Notes: generated from the sequence alone by a model not told the origin. A DNA stretch of 64,000 nucleotides from Eledone cirrhosa (GCA_964016885.1 OZ024741.1:412486001-412550000); one strand, 5' to 3'; shown: positions 51,267-64,000, numbered from the stretch's first letter. Translations and numbers: made by a program.

Positions 51267-52455
51267 TTGCCTGTTTGTTTGTTTGTTTATTTATGTTCGT
51301 CTACAGCGTGATAATGTCACACAAAAATCACGTGGAGTGACGGAACCACCGGAGACGATGATTCACCGGTGGTTATGTAACCATACATTCGCCAATCCTC
51401 GATAAGAGTGTTTAAATGTCGAACCTAAACAGTTCGAATAACGGTGAAATGGAGACTAGAATGTCATGTGACAGACTCTCACCAAACAGGTGCTCCCTGG
51501 CTCAGCAGCAGGGACCTGGCTGTCAACCAAATACTGCTGGTGTCGGAGGAAGAAGAAGAAGGAAAGGGACCAGAACCAACTGGACGAAAGAATTGAATAG
51601 AACTGTTAAGCAATGTTACCTGAAGAGTAACCCCAAGGAGAAAGGCTATAGGAAACGGATGCATAACATCTGGAACGAGATTGGTCTATTTAAATTAGAT
51701 GAACAAAAATTGGCCGGGCAGGCTCGGGTAATAAGAACTAATGGGTGGATAAGCGAGCTGGAACTGGAGGAACTGAGCAGAGATATTAGCTTGGAGATGG
51801 AGAGTGGAGTATGCCAGGCAAACGAGCCAGTGGGAAATGAAGGTGAAGAGGTCGAGAGAACGGAGGAACCACCCGAAGCAGACAATGATCTGAATGCTGA
51901 GATAAATAATAACTGGAACAGAGATACGGCCACTGAGGAGATGAATGCTGATGGGCTAGGACAAGATTTGGTTGATATCCTAAACTTAGTGGTAGATGAA
52001 TTGAACAATGATAGTGGGAGACCTATGAACCTAAGATTTGTAGACAGGAAAAAGTTAAAAGAAACAACAGCTAAGGTAAACAAAGTCATCCCATACCTTG
52101 AGGCGAGGAGCCTTCACCAGTGCAACAATATCCTCAAAGCAACAGCAAATACGGTGAGGAAACTACTTGGTATAAAAGCGAGAGGAAATAACAGACAAGA
52201 AAGAGCAGAGCCTTGGTGGAAGAAACGACTGAGTGGTCAAATCAGGGAAATGAGAAATGACATTGGAAAGCTTGAGTCTCTACTGAATGGGACACTAAAA
52301 AACATAGACACTAAAAATAGACTGGAAATAAAGTACAAAACTAGGAGGAAAAAGCTAAATATTAGCATAGAGGAACTGAAGCAACGCATTGTAGCAAAGA
52401 GTGCAAAAATCAGGCGATACAAGAACAGAGTCAGCCAGTATAGACAGAACCGCAT
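51267..52455 (+). mobile_element. Family A copy A4, 5' ORF part only
   Basis: ORF 51416-52501 matches the A2 N-terminus, then switches to Tx1-derived sequence. Confidence 0.88.
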
Positions 52456-52574
52456 CTTTCAACAAAATGCTGGGAAGAGAGCACTTCCTTTTCTACCCTG
52501 ATTTTCCTTTAAGACGAGCACTTACCTCTTAGGTGATGCCCTGATTAACTTTTTCAAATAATAATAATAATAAT

Positions 52575-55500
52575 GATTTCTTTATTGGCCACAAGGGCTG
52601 ACATCAAGAAAAACATTACAGACGGCACAGGACGGTACGATGTGGGTTTTGTGTAAATATTTTTATTATTTATATAAGAAAAGAAGAAAAAAGGACATAG
52701 AAACATATATATATATAAACAATAAAAATGAAAATTGAAACAATGAAAAATTCCCCAATAGGGGGGAAACCTCCGAGGGTTACTCGTGGCGAAAACCACA
52801 CAAAAGACCACGGCCACCCAGACCACCAGGGCAAGCGTCCTCTCTCAATTTTTCCATTTCTCAAACTACAGACGTATATTCAGAGTGGTCCCGTTCACTC
52901 GGACCATTATCGCTACATTCACCCACCTTTCAACAAACTTGCTGAAGGCAGCACTTGCCTCTCCACCCTGATTTTCCTCTTCAAGTGAAACTTGAAAAAG
53001 TTAATTAGGGATTCGCCGAAGAGTAAATTGTCTGTCTTTAACCCTTTTAACCTTGTCCACCACACAATCTCTTTCGCCATGGCCACCAGGCAGATGAAAA
53101 CCATCTGCTCTTCCTCCTCGAAGGAAGACGGCGAGACCATCTGCACAATGGACTCAGTCGACAACCGGATCCGTCCTACACGCGACAGCAACTGTTCGAC
53201 ATAGCTCCACAAGTCAGCAATGCTCGGGCACTGAACGAGTGCGTGCACGACGGTTTCGTCGCTCTGCGCACATCTCGGACAGGCTCGGCTGACGGCACTT
53301 ACGTGCCTGTAGAGCTTATCACGAACCGGCAGGGCTCCCCGGTAGCACTGCCAGGCCAGGGATTTTGGGAAGTTATCCATAGGCCCTGGGCTGAAAGTTC
53401 TCCGGAAGAGAGCAAACAGCTGATCTTCTTCGACGCCCAGGATCTCTCCAAGAATGTCGTCGCTCTTCCCCTCTATAGAACGCCGAGGTGGATGTTCCAC
53501 CGATACTGGTGCCCAGCTGGCAGAGGACAGTGAGCGCCTGGAGACATTCCAGTTTCCAAGCGCTATCCCTCGGTCTTTTTTTGACCCAGGACTGCAGCTT
53601 CGTCAAGGAGACGAGTTGTGGGAAAACGTGCCTGGCGAACGGCGACCACACCTGTTCACCATCAAGGAAGCACCAGAGATGTCGCAGCCTCAGCGCATGT
53701 TTGCGCATCATCAGCCATGGCATGCCCAGTCCTCCACGCAACGGGTGTTGACAGCAGATGGATCGTCTGACCATGGGAGCGCGTCCCTTCCACAAAGAGC
53801 GGAAGAGGAGGCGCTCCATTTTGGTGAGAGTTGGGCTGGAGCAAGGGACGACGGTGAGGCGGTAGCAGATGGCGGATGCGATGTACGCATTGGTCACCTC
53901 CGCCCGGCCTTTCAGGGACAGCTTTCTCTCGGCCCATTTCTGGGTGAGGAGGCCACCCTGCTCGTCACCTCGTTCCAGTTTTTCTCCATCTGGAGGTCCG
54001 GTCCGAACCAAACCCCGAGCAATTTAACCGGTCCGTCCGTCCAACGCCCCACGACGCTGTCGGACGGCATGGACTTGGCTCTCCAGGTGCCGAGCTGCAA
54101 GCCCACCGACTTTTCCTGGTTTATCTTTGATCCTGTCACCGCTTCGTATTCCTTGAGAGCGGTGCCAAGCATCTGGACGAGTCTGGTGATCGACACCACC
54201 ACGGTGACGTTGTCAGCGTAAGCCGATTCGGATTTCCCGCATCCTAGTTCGCGTGGGAAGCCCCTCATCGCCCCCAGTTGGTGCAGTAACGGCTCGAGAG
54301 CCAATACGTACAAGAGAGACGAGAGGGGACATGATGCTGAACGGCTGCGACAGGTGACCGTTCACCCTCACAACTGAGCAGATGTCGCTGTACATTGCTG
54401 CGATCCAACCCGTGAAAACGGGCCCGAAACCGGATGCCTCGAGGACCGCCGCCAGGTACCGATGGTCGACCCTATCGAATGCTTTGGACTGATCCAAGTT
54501 GATCAGGGCACCACCCTTGCCAGGTTCCTTAACCACCCTCTCTATGATGTATCGCATGAGGTGGAGGTTGTCGTGTATGGATCTGTCCGGAATGGCGCAT
54601 GTCTGCGCCTCTTCCACCAGACCCTTGATGACAAGCGCCAACCTCGTTGCTAACACCTTGGCCAAAATCTTGAACTCTGCGTTTTACAGGGTTATGGGCC
54701 TGAAATTATCGATAACATCCCCCTTGTTCGGGTCTTTTCTCAGCAACGCCACTGCTCCCAGGCTCACAAAACTGGGAATGCTCCCGTTCTACTGCCAGTT
54801 GCAGTAGACGCCTGCCTAGAGGTCACCGAACAAGTCTGGCATAAATGCATAAAGCTCGTAGGGCAGAACATCCAAACCTGGCGATTTACCCCTTGTGCAG
54901 TTAGCCATCGCTTCCCTTTTTTCACCGGCTGTTATTGGCTTTTCGCAACACTGTCTTGCGGTCGTCGAGAGCCGAGGCAGTCCGTCGAGGTATGCACTGA
55001 AGTCCATGCCCCGATCCGGGCCCCTGCCGCTCCCTAACAGTTCAGCAAAGTACTGCTGAAAAGCTTCACACATCCGCTCGGGTTCGAGCATCACGCACCC
55101 GTTTTGGTCAGACAAAGACCGAATTGTAGCTTTGTTGCTACGTCGCGCCACTGCCACCCGGGCCCATTGGACGGCTTTTGTCCCCTCGTGTTTCAGAGCA
55201 CGCGCTCTAACTCTGACAATGCAGCCTTCGTGTTTTGCGTTGAAGAATTGGTCGAGTTCCAATCTCGCCGCAAGCACGTCGGTTGCGATGCCTGTCCTAA
55301 ACGCCTCTTCTAGCTTTCTGACTAGCTCTCCCTCTACTCTATTTTCCTCTATCACTACTCCTTTGCTAAACCTAATCGACTCTACTTTAATTGCCCTTTT
55401 CAGGGCGAACCACCACCTGTTGTTGACGATCGCTTCCGTCAAAGCCCGCTTAACTAATACGCTAATCCGGTCTCTGTAGGCTTTGCGTGCCGGGAAAGAC

Positions 55501-57895
55501 GCGTTCAGCTTCCAGTAACCAGGCCCTTGTCTATGAAGTCTGTCTATGTCGATCTCACAGATCACAAATTTGTGGTCTGTGTAGTCGACTATTTGAAATT
55601 GTGGACAACTTATACTAGCCTTATCTAGTTCTCTGCAGAATACCCTATCGAGATACGATCTGGATGACCCGATGCGGTTTGTCCATGTCCACATTGGCAC
55701 ATTCGGGTGATCCAGTCGATACCTGTCAGACAATTCAAAACGTCTGAGCATGTTGGTGAGGCTATTGCACCCTCCTCCCCTATCCACTAGCCCCACACGA
55801 TCCCAGCGTGCATCCAAGATACCGTTCCAGTGGCCCACTAACACTAAAGAGCGGGACGTTCCAATAAAGGTCTCTAGACGTCTGAAGAAATCTGGCCGTC
55901 CTGCCCCTGTTGGGGCGTAGACGGCTACTAGCCTGGGAGATGCGTATACATCGTAGCCGCCGAAGATCGGTGCGAAGGCTTGTGCTTCGGAGATTTTGGT
56001 TTCACTGATGGCCACAACATCTATGTTTAGTGACCTGAGGTCGTTGAGCAGGTGACCCTGCTTCCAAGATGACCCCAGGCCACGTGCATTCATACTGCCT
56101 ATTCTGAGTACGGCCATGTTGGATGAGAAACGGGGCAAGTGAGAAAGGGTCACTTACCTTGTTCGTGTGGTGAAGGGACAGTAGAACCGTCCCTTTCGAT
56201 GGTCATGGGTGTTTCCAAGAGGATGTCAGTGTATATCCTCTTGGTAACCGACCCTCTGAAGTCTCCAACTGCGTTGAGGAAGTTTTGTTTTAAAGGTTTG
56301 TACTGTTCTATTGAGATTTCAATGATGCTTATGTTTGTCGGGAGAGTTCTTGGTGTTGGTGGGGTGTAGTAGTTTTTTTTCTGTGATGTCTGTGTGCTGC
56401 TTTATATATTGCATGAGTTCTTTTTTTGCCATGTTTATGGCTGTGTACTTTTTGGGGGGAGGGGTGATTTTGTTGCTGTTTTCTTCTTGTTGCTGTTTGG
56501 TGTGTGTGTCTTGTGTTTGCGTTGTTGGTGTTTTTGGTGATGCTGGTGGTGGTGTGGTTGTTGTTTTCAGTGGTGCTTTTGGTGGTGATGGTGGTGATGT
56601 TGCTGCAAATTCCCTTGCTGCCTTTACCCCTCTTTGTATGCCTTCGCTTTTGGAGGGTGAATCTAAGGTTTTTTTTCTTTTTTTCTTTTTTTTTGTGGCA
56701 GACCGTAGTGGAGCCCTCTTCGGCAATTTTGTTGCTGGGGTAGCTACTTCAAATGTAGCTATTGGTGTTGCCGCCACTGATGATGCTGCTTTAGTCGTCC
56801 GTGGCCTTGGTACGGGTGCTACGGACGTTGCCCTCCTACTCACCGTGGAAGGGGCTTCTTCGTTTGTTGCCTGCCCCGTTCTTGGTAGCAGCGGACCAGG
56901 TATTGGAACGAGAGGGGCTTTCTTCGCTGACTTCTGCGGACAAAAGTCCCTGAGGTGAACCTTCGACCCACAGAGATAACATTTTGGCCGTCTTCCTTCT
57001 ACACTTATAGGGAGTTGGAGTCCTTCCTCGGTGTCTATGATATCGGGGATAGCGTCGATACATTCCTGGTCAGTTTGTATAAGCATTTGCATGCCTATAC
57101 CTGACCAGTTCTCTCTCCCTATTGGCGAAAAGTACGTCTACTGTGGCGTACTTTCTGCCTCGGGTGATGTGGGTTTTGCGTGCCCAGACGCACCCCAAGG
57201 CCTTTTGGATTTGAACCTCCGTGGCTCTCTCCACTCGATGTGAGATTTTGCTTGCGGTGCGGTAAGTCACCGTCCGTAGCTGCTGGTCCTTGAAAAAATC
57301 GGGTGGAGGTTTCAGCGAAACTCTATTTGCGCTTCTTGTCACTATGGCCCTTGCGACTGCCATTTCCTCCTCTGTGACTAACACTGTCTCGATATTTCGG
57401 GCGACACCTGCAAAAGAAGTGGTCCCTTTTTCAGCAGCACCACTATTGCTGCCGTTACTGGTCTTACTGGTGGTGTTGAGATCGCTATTACAGGTATCGG
57501 TGTCATTGTTGTTGTTTTCGTTGGTACAGTTGTTGGTGTTGTTGTTGTTGTTTTCGTTGATACTGTTGCTGTTGTTACTGTTATTGTGGCTGTTGTTATT
57601 ATTGTTGTTTTTGTTGATACTGTTCCTACTATTATTGTTGTTGTGGCTGTTGTTATTGTCATTGTTATTGTCTTTCTCGACCTTACCGCTGTTATTTTTG
57701 TTATTGTCGTTCTCGACTTTACCGCTGTTATTTTTGTTGTTGCTGTTGTTATTGATGGTGTTGTTGTTGGTGTTGTTGTTTGTGTTATTGTTGGTGTTGT
57801 TTGTGTTAGAGATATTTGTTAATTTTAAATCTGTAACAATCTTCTTTTCCTTTGTAATATTTTCGTTTATATTTATCTCCGCTGGAACGCTGTCT
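52575..57895 (-). mobile_element. L1/Tx1-type retrotransposon T3, lacks 5'UTR, frameshifted
   Basis: ORF1 Asn-rich with CYLCGSKVHLRDFC; ORF2 from ATG 56117 with APE and RT motifs; Tx1 tail at 52575. Confidence 0.9.
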
Positions 57896-57912
57896 ATAAT
57901 AATAATAATAAT

Positions 57913-59740
57913 GATTTCTTTATTGGCCACGAGGCCTGACATCAAGAAAAACATTACAGGCGGCACAGGACGGTACAGGACGGTACGATGTGGGTTTTGT
58001 GCGTGTAAATATTTGTTATTATTTATATAAGAAGAGAAAAAAAGGATATAGAAACATATATATATATATAAACAATAAAAATGAAAATTGAAACAATGAA
58101 AAATTCCCCAATATAAAAAAAATAAAATAAAAGGATTTGGAACTGCCATGAAATCAAAGTGGTCCCGATTGTCATAGGCGCACTAGGTACTATCTCAAAT
58201 ATATATAAACAATAAAAATGAAAATTGAAACAATGAAAAATTCCCTAATAGGGGGGAAAAGTGTCTGTCTTTAACCCTTTTAACCTTGTCCACCACACAA
58301 TCTCTTTCACCATGGCCACCAGGCAGATGAAAACCGCCTGCCCTTCCTCCTCGAAGGAAGGCGGCGAGACCATCTGCACAATGGACTCAGTCGATAACCG
58401 GATCAGTCCTACACGCGACAGCAACTGTTCGACATAGCTCCACAAGTCAGCAATGCTCGAGCACTGAACGAGTGCGTGCACGACGGTTTCGTCGCTCTGC
58501 GCGCATCTCGGACAGGCTCGGCTGACGGCACTTTCGTGCCTGTAGAGCTTATCTCGAACCGGCAGCGCTCCCCGGTAACACTGCCAGGCCAGGGATTTTG
58601 GGAAGTTATCCATAGGCCCTGGGCTGAAAGTTCTCCGGAAGAGAGCAAACAGCTGATCTTCTTCGACGCTCAGGATCTCTCCGAGAATGTCGTCGCTCTT
58701 CCCCTCCACTAGTCCTCTATAGAACGCCGAGGTGGATGTTCCACCGATACTGGTGCCCAGCTGGCAGAGGGCAGTGGGCGCCTGGAGACATTCCAGTTTC
58801 CAAACGCTATCCCTCGGTCTTTTTCTCACCCAGGACTGCAGCTCCGTCAAGGAGACGAGTTGTGGGAAAACGTGCCTGGCGAACGGCGACCACACCTGTT
58901 CACCGTCAAGGAAGCACCAGAGATGTCGCAGCTTCAGCGCATGTTTGACCATCATCAGTCCTCCACGCAACGGGTGTTGACAGCAGATGGATCGTCTGAC
59001 CATGGGAGCGCGTCCCTTCCACAAAAAGCGGAAGAGGAGGCGCTCCATTTTGGTGAGAGTTGGGCTGGAGCAAGGGACAACGGTGAGGCGGTAGCAGATG
59101 ACGGATGCGATGTACGCATTGGCCACCTCCGCCCGGCCTTTCAGGGACAGCTTTCTCTCGGCCCATTTCCGGGTGAGGGAGGCCACCCTGCTCGTCACCT
59201 CGTTCCAGTTTTTCTCCATCTGGAGGTCCGGTCCGAACCAGACCCCGAACAATTTAACCGGTCCGTCCGTCCAACGCCCCACGACGCTGTCGGACGGCAT
59301 GGACTTTCCTCTCCAGGTGCCGAGCTGCAAGCATGCCGACTTTTCCTGGTTTATCTTTGCTCCTGTCACCGCTTCGTATTCCTTGAGAGCGGTGCCGAGC
59401 ATCTGGACGTGTCTGGTCATGTCGTCGACGTAAGCCGACTTGGATTTACCGCATCCTAGTTCGCGTGGGACGCACCTCATCGCCCCCAGTTTGTGCAGTA
59501 ACGGCTCGAGAACCAATACGTACCCAGCATTCAGACAGACGCGGTCAGCCAACGTATGTTTCCAAGAGGATGTCAGTGTATATATATTTTTGGTGATGCT
59601 GGTGGTGGTGTGGTTGTTGTTGGCGGTGGTGCTTGTGGTGGTGATGGTGATGGTGGTGGTGTTGCTGCAAGTTTCCTTGCTGCCTTTACCTTTCTTTGTG
59701 TTCCTTCGCTTTTGGAGGGAGAATCTAAGGTTATTTTTCT
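57913..59740 (-). mobile_element. Rearranged T3-like Tx1 copy T4
   Basis: Tail at 57913; ORF2 C-terminal half 58260-59520 joined to ORF1 scraps at 59557-59740; family A fragment inside the 3'UTR. Confidence 0.85.
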
Positions 59741-59746
59741 CACACT

Positions 59747-61108
59747 GGTCTCTTGAGGTCACTGGTTGTGACTTGGTGATAACTCGTATGAACATAAAGC
59801 AAGATAAATGCAACTGTAATAATAATAATAATAATAAAGGGGAAAGGGGGGAGGGAAAGGATAAGGAAGGAATGTTACCGCAGAGTAAGAGCAATCTTAA
59901 GAACGGAATTGAATGCAAGGAATAGGATCGATGCCATAAACACGCTTGCCATACCAGTAGTAACCTACAGTTACAATGTCATCAACTTGTCAAGCACAGA
60001 GATCCGTAGGCTCGATACAAAAATTAGAAAATTCTTAACCATGCACAGAATGCATCACCCTAAGGCAGATACAGATAGAATATATCTCCCTAGGAAACAG
60101 GAGATATATTCTATCCAGTTAGATATTGCGTTGAAAACTGCAACAATTGGATTATCTACATATCTAAGGGAATCACATAATTGGATGATCAAACTCGTTT
60201 TGAAACATGAAAGCATCATAAAAATCATACTCCATTACAAAAGATGCACAAAGATAGAGTAATGGACTACAAATTTCAGAAGTCCCATTTACTGCTGAAA
60301 TGGAAAACACAAAAAAAGCAAAGCAGGTAAAAGTAACTGCAAAGAAAGAACTGCTACAGAAACTGGCTAAGAAATGGCAAGAAAAGCCTCTGTATGGAAA
60401 ATACCCAGAAAGAGCTAACAATCCTGATGTTGACAAAACTTTAACCCATCAGTGGTTGGCATCCTCTGGACTGAAATCGGAGACTGAAGGACTGATTATA
60501 TCGGCACAAGATCAGTGTCTGCCAACAAAAAATTACCAAGCCAACATAATAAAAAATGGATGCAACCCATTATGCCGTGTATGTAAAAAGATCACATCTC
60601 AATCTTGTGGAATTTTAGCATCCAAACAGACCGAAAAATAGATGCAAATAGACCTGATATAATACTGAAGGACTTTAAAAAGAGGGTATGCCTGCTAATT
60701 GATATGTCCGTTCCAATAGACAAGAATTTATCTATAAAAACATTTGAAAAATTGAGCAAGTATAAGGACCTGGAGATAGAAATTGGAAAAATGTGGAAAT
60801 TGAGAACTAAAACAATACCAGTGGTTGTAGGCGCTCTAGGAATGATACCTAAGCCGTCTAATGATTACTTATCGCAAATTCCAGGAAACCCACGTATAGG
60901 AGAAATACAAAAGATAGTAATAATGGGAACTGCCCATATACTAAGGAAGATTCTGTCAATATAAGTACATCACAAGTCTAAACACCTAAAGATGCATGTG
61001 TGTGTATGTATGTTCTTTCTTGAACATGGCGGACCTTGTTGTCTCTTGAGGTCACTGGTTGTGACTTGGTGATAACTCGTATGAACATAAAGCAAGATAA
61101 ATGCAACT

Positions 61109-61110
<2 letters not shown>
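59747..61110 (+). mobile_element. Family B 3' tail fragment (59747-59817) plus 5'-truncated copy B4 (~59850-61110)
   Basis: Matches the B2 reverse complement, with an internal deletion; ends on (AAT)n at 61111-61164. Confidence 0.88.
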
Positions 61111-61164
<54 letters not shown>

Positions 61165-61166
<2 letters not shown>

Positions 61167-64000
61167 TTTCTTTATTAACCACAAGGGTTTACATAAAGTA
61201 GACATTAAGGACAGTGCAGGACAATGCAGGACGGTACAAATGGGCATTTCTGCGTGTAAAAAAAAACAAAAACAGAGGATGTAACAAAAATAACAATGAA
61301 AATAACAATGAAAAATTCCCCAATAGGGGGGAGACTTCGGAGGGACATTTGTGGAGAAAGCCCAGTAAAAAGCCACAATGACCCTGACCACCAAGGCAAG
61401 TGCCCTCTCCCAGTTTTCCACCTTTAGTTTACAGATATATACTCAGAGTCGGCCCATTCACTCGGGCCATTCTTGCTTCTCTCACCCATCTTTCAACAAA
61501 ATGCTGGGAAGAGAGCACTTCCCTCTCTACTCTGATTTTCCTTTTCAAATGAAATTTGAAAAAGTCAATCAGAGCATCACCGAAGAGGTAAGTGCTCGTC
61601 TTCAGCCCTTTCAAACGTGTCCACCATACTATCTCTTTCGCCATGGCCACCAGACAGATAAAAACTGCCTGCCCTTCCCGGCTAAAGGAGGAGGGCGGGG
61701 CAATCCTCACGATGGACTCAGATGATAGCTGGATCCGTCCTAAACGCGACAGCAGGTGTTCGACATAAACCCACAAGTCAGCAATTTTCGGACACTGGAC
61801 GAGTGCGTGCAGGACGGTTTCGTCGCCCTGCGCGCATCTCGGACATGCCCGGCTGACGGCACCTCCATGCCTGTAGAGTTTATCCCGAACTGGCAAGGCT
61901 CCTCGGTAGCACTGCCAGGCCAGAGATTTCTGGAAGTTGTCCATAGGCCCTGGCCCGAAAGTTCTTCCGAAGAGATTGGCTAGTTGATTTTCGTCGACGC
62001 CTAGAGTTTCCCCAAGTACGTCGTCGCTCTTCCCCTCCACTAATCCTCTATAGAACGCCGAGGTGGAGTTTCCACCGATCACATTGCCTGATTGGTCGAG
62101 GGCTGTGAGCGCCTGAAGACATTCCAGTCTCCAGGCGCTCCCTCTCGGTCTTCGCTTGACCCAGGACTGCAGCTCCGTCAAGGAAACGAGCTGGGGAAAA
62201 ACGCGTCTAGCAAACGGCGACCACACCTGATCACCGTCGAGGAAGAGGTGGAGATGTCGTAGCCTGAGCGCGTGCCTGCGCATCATCAGCCACGGCATGC
62301 CCAGCCCTCCACGTAGCGGGTGTTGACAACAGATGGACCGCCTGACCATCGGAGCACGTCCCTTCCACAAAAAGCGAAAGAGCAAACGCTCCAGCGCAGT
62401 CAGGCGAGGCTTAGGACAAGGTACGACGGTTAGGCGGTAGCAGATGACAGACGCGATGTACGCGTTAGCCACCTCCGCTCGACCTTTCAGGGATAGCTTC
62501 CTCTCCGCCCATTTCTGGGTGAGAGAAGCCACCCTGCTCGTCACCTCGTCCCAGTTTTTGTCCGTCTGGAGGTCCGGACCGAACCAGACCCCTAGCAATT
62601 TAACCGGTCCGTCCGTCCAGCGCCCGACGACGCTGTTGGACGGCATGGACCTGCCTCTCCAGGTGCCGAGCTGCAGGCCCACTGACTTTTCCTGGTTGAT
62701 CATTGCTCCTGTCACCGCTTCGTATTCTCTTAGTGTAGTGCCGATCGCCTCGATGTGTTTGGCGTTCGACACCACTACGGTGACATCGTCCGCATATGCT
62801 GACACGGATCTTCCGCATCCTAGTTCGCGCGGGACTCCCCTCAACGTCTCCAGTTTGTGCAGTAATGGCTCGAGAGTCAATACGTACAAGAGGGACGAGA
62901 GGGGACATCCTTGGCGGACCGAACGCATGATGTTGAACGGTTCCGACAGGTGACCGTTCACTCTCACCACAGAGCAGATGTCGCTGTGCATGGCAGCGAT
63001 CCAGCCTCTGAAGACGGGCCCAAAGCCAGCCGCCCTCAGGACTGCCGCTAGGTAACGATGGTCGACCCTATCGAAAGCTTTCGACTGATCTAAATTGATC
63101 AAGGACCCACCCGTGCCAGGTTCCCTAGCTACCCTCTCTACGATGTATCGCATGAGGTGGAGGTTGTCGTGGATGGATCTGTCGGGAATGGCGCATGTCT
63201 GCGCCTCTCCCACCAGACCACCAACGACAAGCGCCAACCTCTTTGCTAGCACCTTGGCCAAAATCTTAAACTCTGTGTTTAGCAGAGTTATGGGCCGGAA
63301 ATTGTCTATGTTATCCCCCTTGTTCGGATCCTTTCTCAGCAGTGCCACCGCTCCTCGGCTCACAGAACTGGGAATTCTCCCGTTCTGTTGCCAGTTGCAG
63401 TAGACGTCCGCCAAGAGGCCTCCGAACAAGTCTGGCATCTGTACGTAAAGTTCATAGGGCAGACCATCCAAACCAGGCGATTTACCCCTTGTGCAGCCAG
63501 TCATTGCCTCCCGTACTTCAGCGGCTGTTATCGGCTTTTCGCAACACCTCGCCTCAGTGGCCGAGAGCCGCGGCAGTCCGTCGAGGTAGACACTAAAGTC
63601 CATCCCTCTACCCGGCCCGCCGCTGCCCCCGAACAGCTGAGCGAAGTGTCGCTGAAAAGCTTCACACATTTGCCCGGGATCGAGTAGCATGCGCCCGTCG
63701 TGGTCCACCAAAGACCGGATCGTGGCTTTGTTGCCACGACGCGCCTCCGCCACTCGGGCCCATTGAACGGCTTTCGTCCCCTCGTGTCTGAGAGCACGCA
63801 CCCTAGCTCTGACAACGCAGCCTTCGTGCTTTGCATTGAAGAATTGGTCAAGGGCCAATTTCGCCGCAAGCACGTCGGTCGCAATGCCTTTACTAAGCGC
63901 CTCGTCTAATTTTCTAACTAGTTCTCCCTCTGCTCTATTTTTCTCTATTGCTAAAGCCTTACTAAACCTAATCGATTCTATTCTAATCGCTCTTTTCAGA
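61165..64000 (-). mobile_element. L1/Tx1-type retrotransposon T5 (T2 subfamily), 5' part off window
   Basis: Near-identical to T2 ORF2 and 3'UTR. Confidence 0.92.
61429..63999 (-). CDS. T5 ORF2 RT and C-terminus, uninterrupted to the window edge
   Basis: 814 aa ORF with AYADD and CPRC..H..C; the frame stays open upstream to 63999; T2's stop codons are sense codons here. Confidence 0.88.
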   Translation of the reverse strand: MKRAIRIESIRFSKALAIEKNRAEGELVRKLDEALSKGIATDVLAAKLALDQFFNAKHEGCVVRARVRALRHEGTKAVQWARVAEARRGNKATIRSLVDHDGRMLLDPGQMCEAFQRHFAQLFGGSGGPGRGMDFSVYLDGLPRLSATEARCCEKPITAAEVREAMTGCTRGKSPGLDGLPYELYVQMPDLFGGLLADVYCNWQQNGRIPSSVSRGAVALLRKDPNKGDNIDNFRPITLLNTEFKILAKVLAKRLALVVGGLVGEAQTCAIPDRSIHDNLHLMRYIVERVAREPGTGGSLINLDQSKAFDRVDHRYLAAVLRAAGFGPVFRGWIAAMHSDICSVVRVNGHLSEPFNIMRSVRQGCPLSSLLYVLTLEPLLHKLETLRGVPRELGCGRSVSAYADDVTVVVSNAKHIEAIGTTLREYEAVTGAMINQEKSVGLQLGTWRGRSMPSNSVVGRWTDGPVKLLGVWFGPDLQTDKNWDEVTSRVASLTQKWAERKLSLKGRAEVANAYIASVICYRLTVVPCPKPRLTALERLLFRFLWKGRAPMVRRSICCQHPLRGGLGMPWLMMRRHALRLRHLHLFLDGDQVWSPFARRVFPQLVSLTELQSWVKRRPRGSAWRLECLQALTALDQSGNVIGGNSTSAFYRGLVEGKSDDVLGETLGVDENQLANLFGRTFGPGPMDNFQKSLAWQCYRGALPVRDKLYRHGGAVSRACPRCAQGDETVLHALVQCPKIADLWVYVEHLLSRLGRIQLSSESIVRIAPPSSFSREGQAVFICLVAMAKEIVWWTRLKGLKTSTYLFGDALIDFFKFHLKRKIRVEREVLSSQHFVERWVREARMARVNGPTLSIYL

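Noticed and set aside
58245-59918. 557 aa ORF as a novel fusion gene
   Set aside because: Chance in-frame join of an antisense family B tail, a microsatellite, ORF1 scraps and Tx1 ORF2

Overview
Eukaryotic, transposon-saturated window. The SINE and repeat content suggests an octopus or other cephalopod, which is an inference. No confident host gene is present. Two arrays (1-27.1 kb and 47.3-64 kb) are built on (TAA)n microsatellites. Each interleaves two divergent R4/Dong-type RT+RLE retrotransposon families (A, B), L1/Tx1-type APE+RT elements and a tRNA-derived SINE. Dong elements read into (TAA)n and Tx1/SINE copies read into (TTA)n, so they are always antiparallel, and the two arrays have mirror polarity. 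The middle region holds a third RLE family bounded by (CATA)n, two Naiad-like Penelope elements (one RT+GIY-YIG, one GIY-YIG remnant), four hammerhead-ribozyme-like motifs near (TA)n, and a decayed Rep/PIF1 Helitron in a nest of Helitron ends. Best leads: (1) a perfect AGGTAAGT splice-donor motif 37-40 nt before the ORF2 ATG in three divergent Tx1 copies; (2) a long 5' leader shared by Dong families A and B; (3) many Tx1/Dong/SINE chimeric junctions; (4) the hammerheads; (5) a single in-frame TGA between Penelope RT and endonuclease. Element boundaries are read by eye and approximate.
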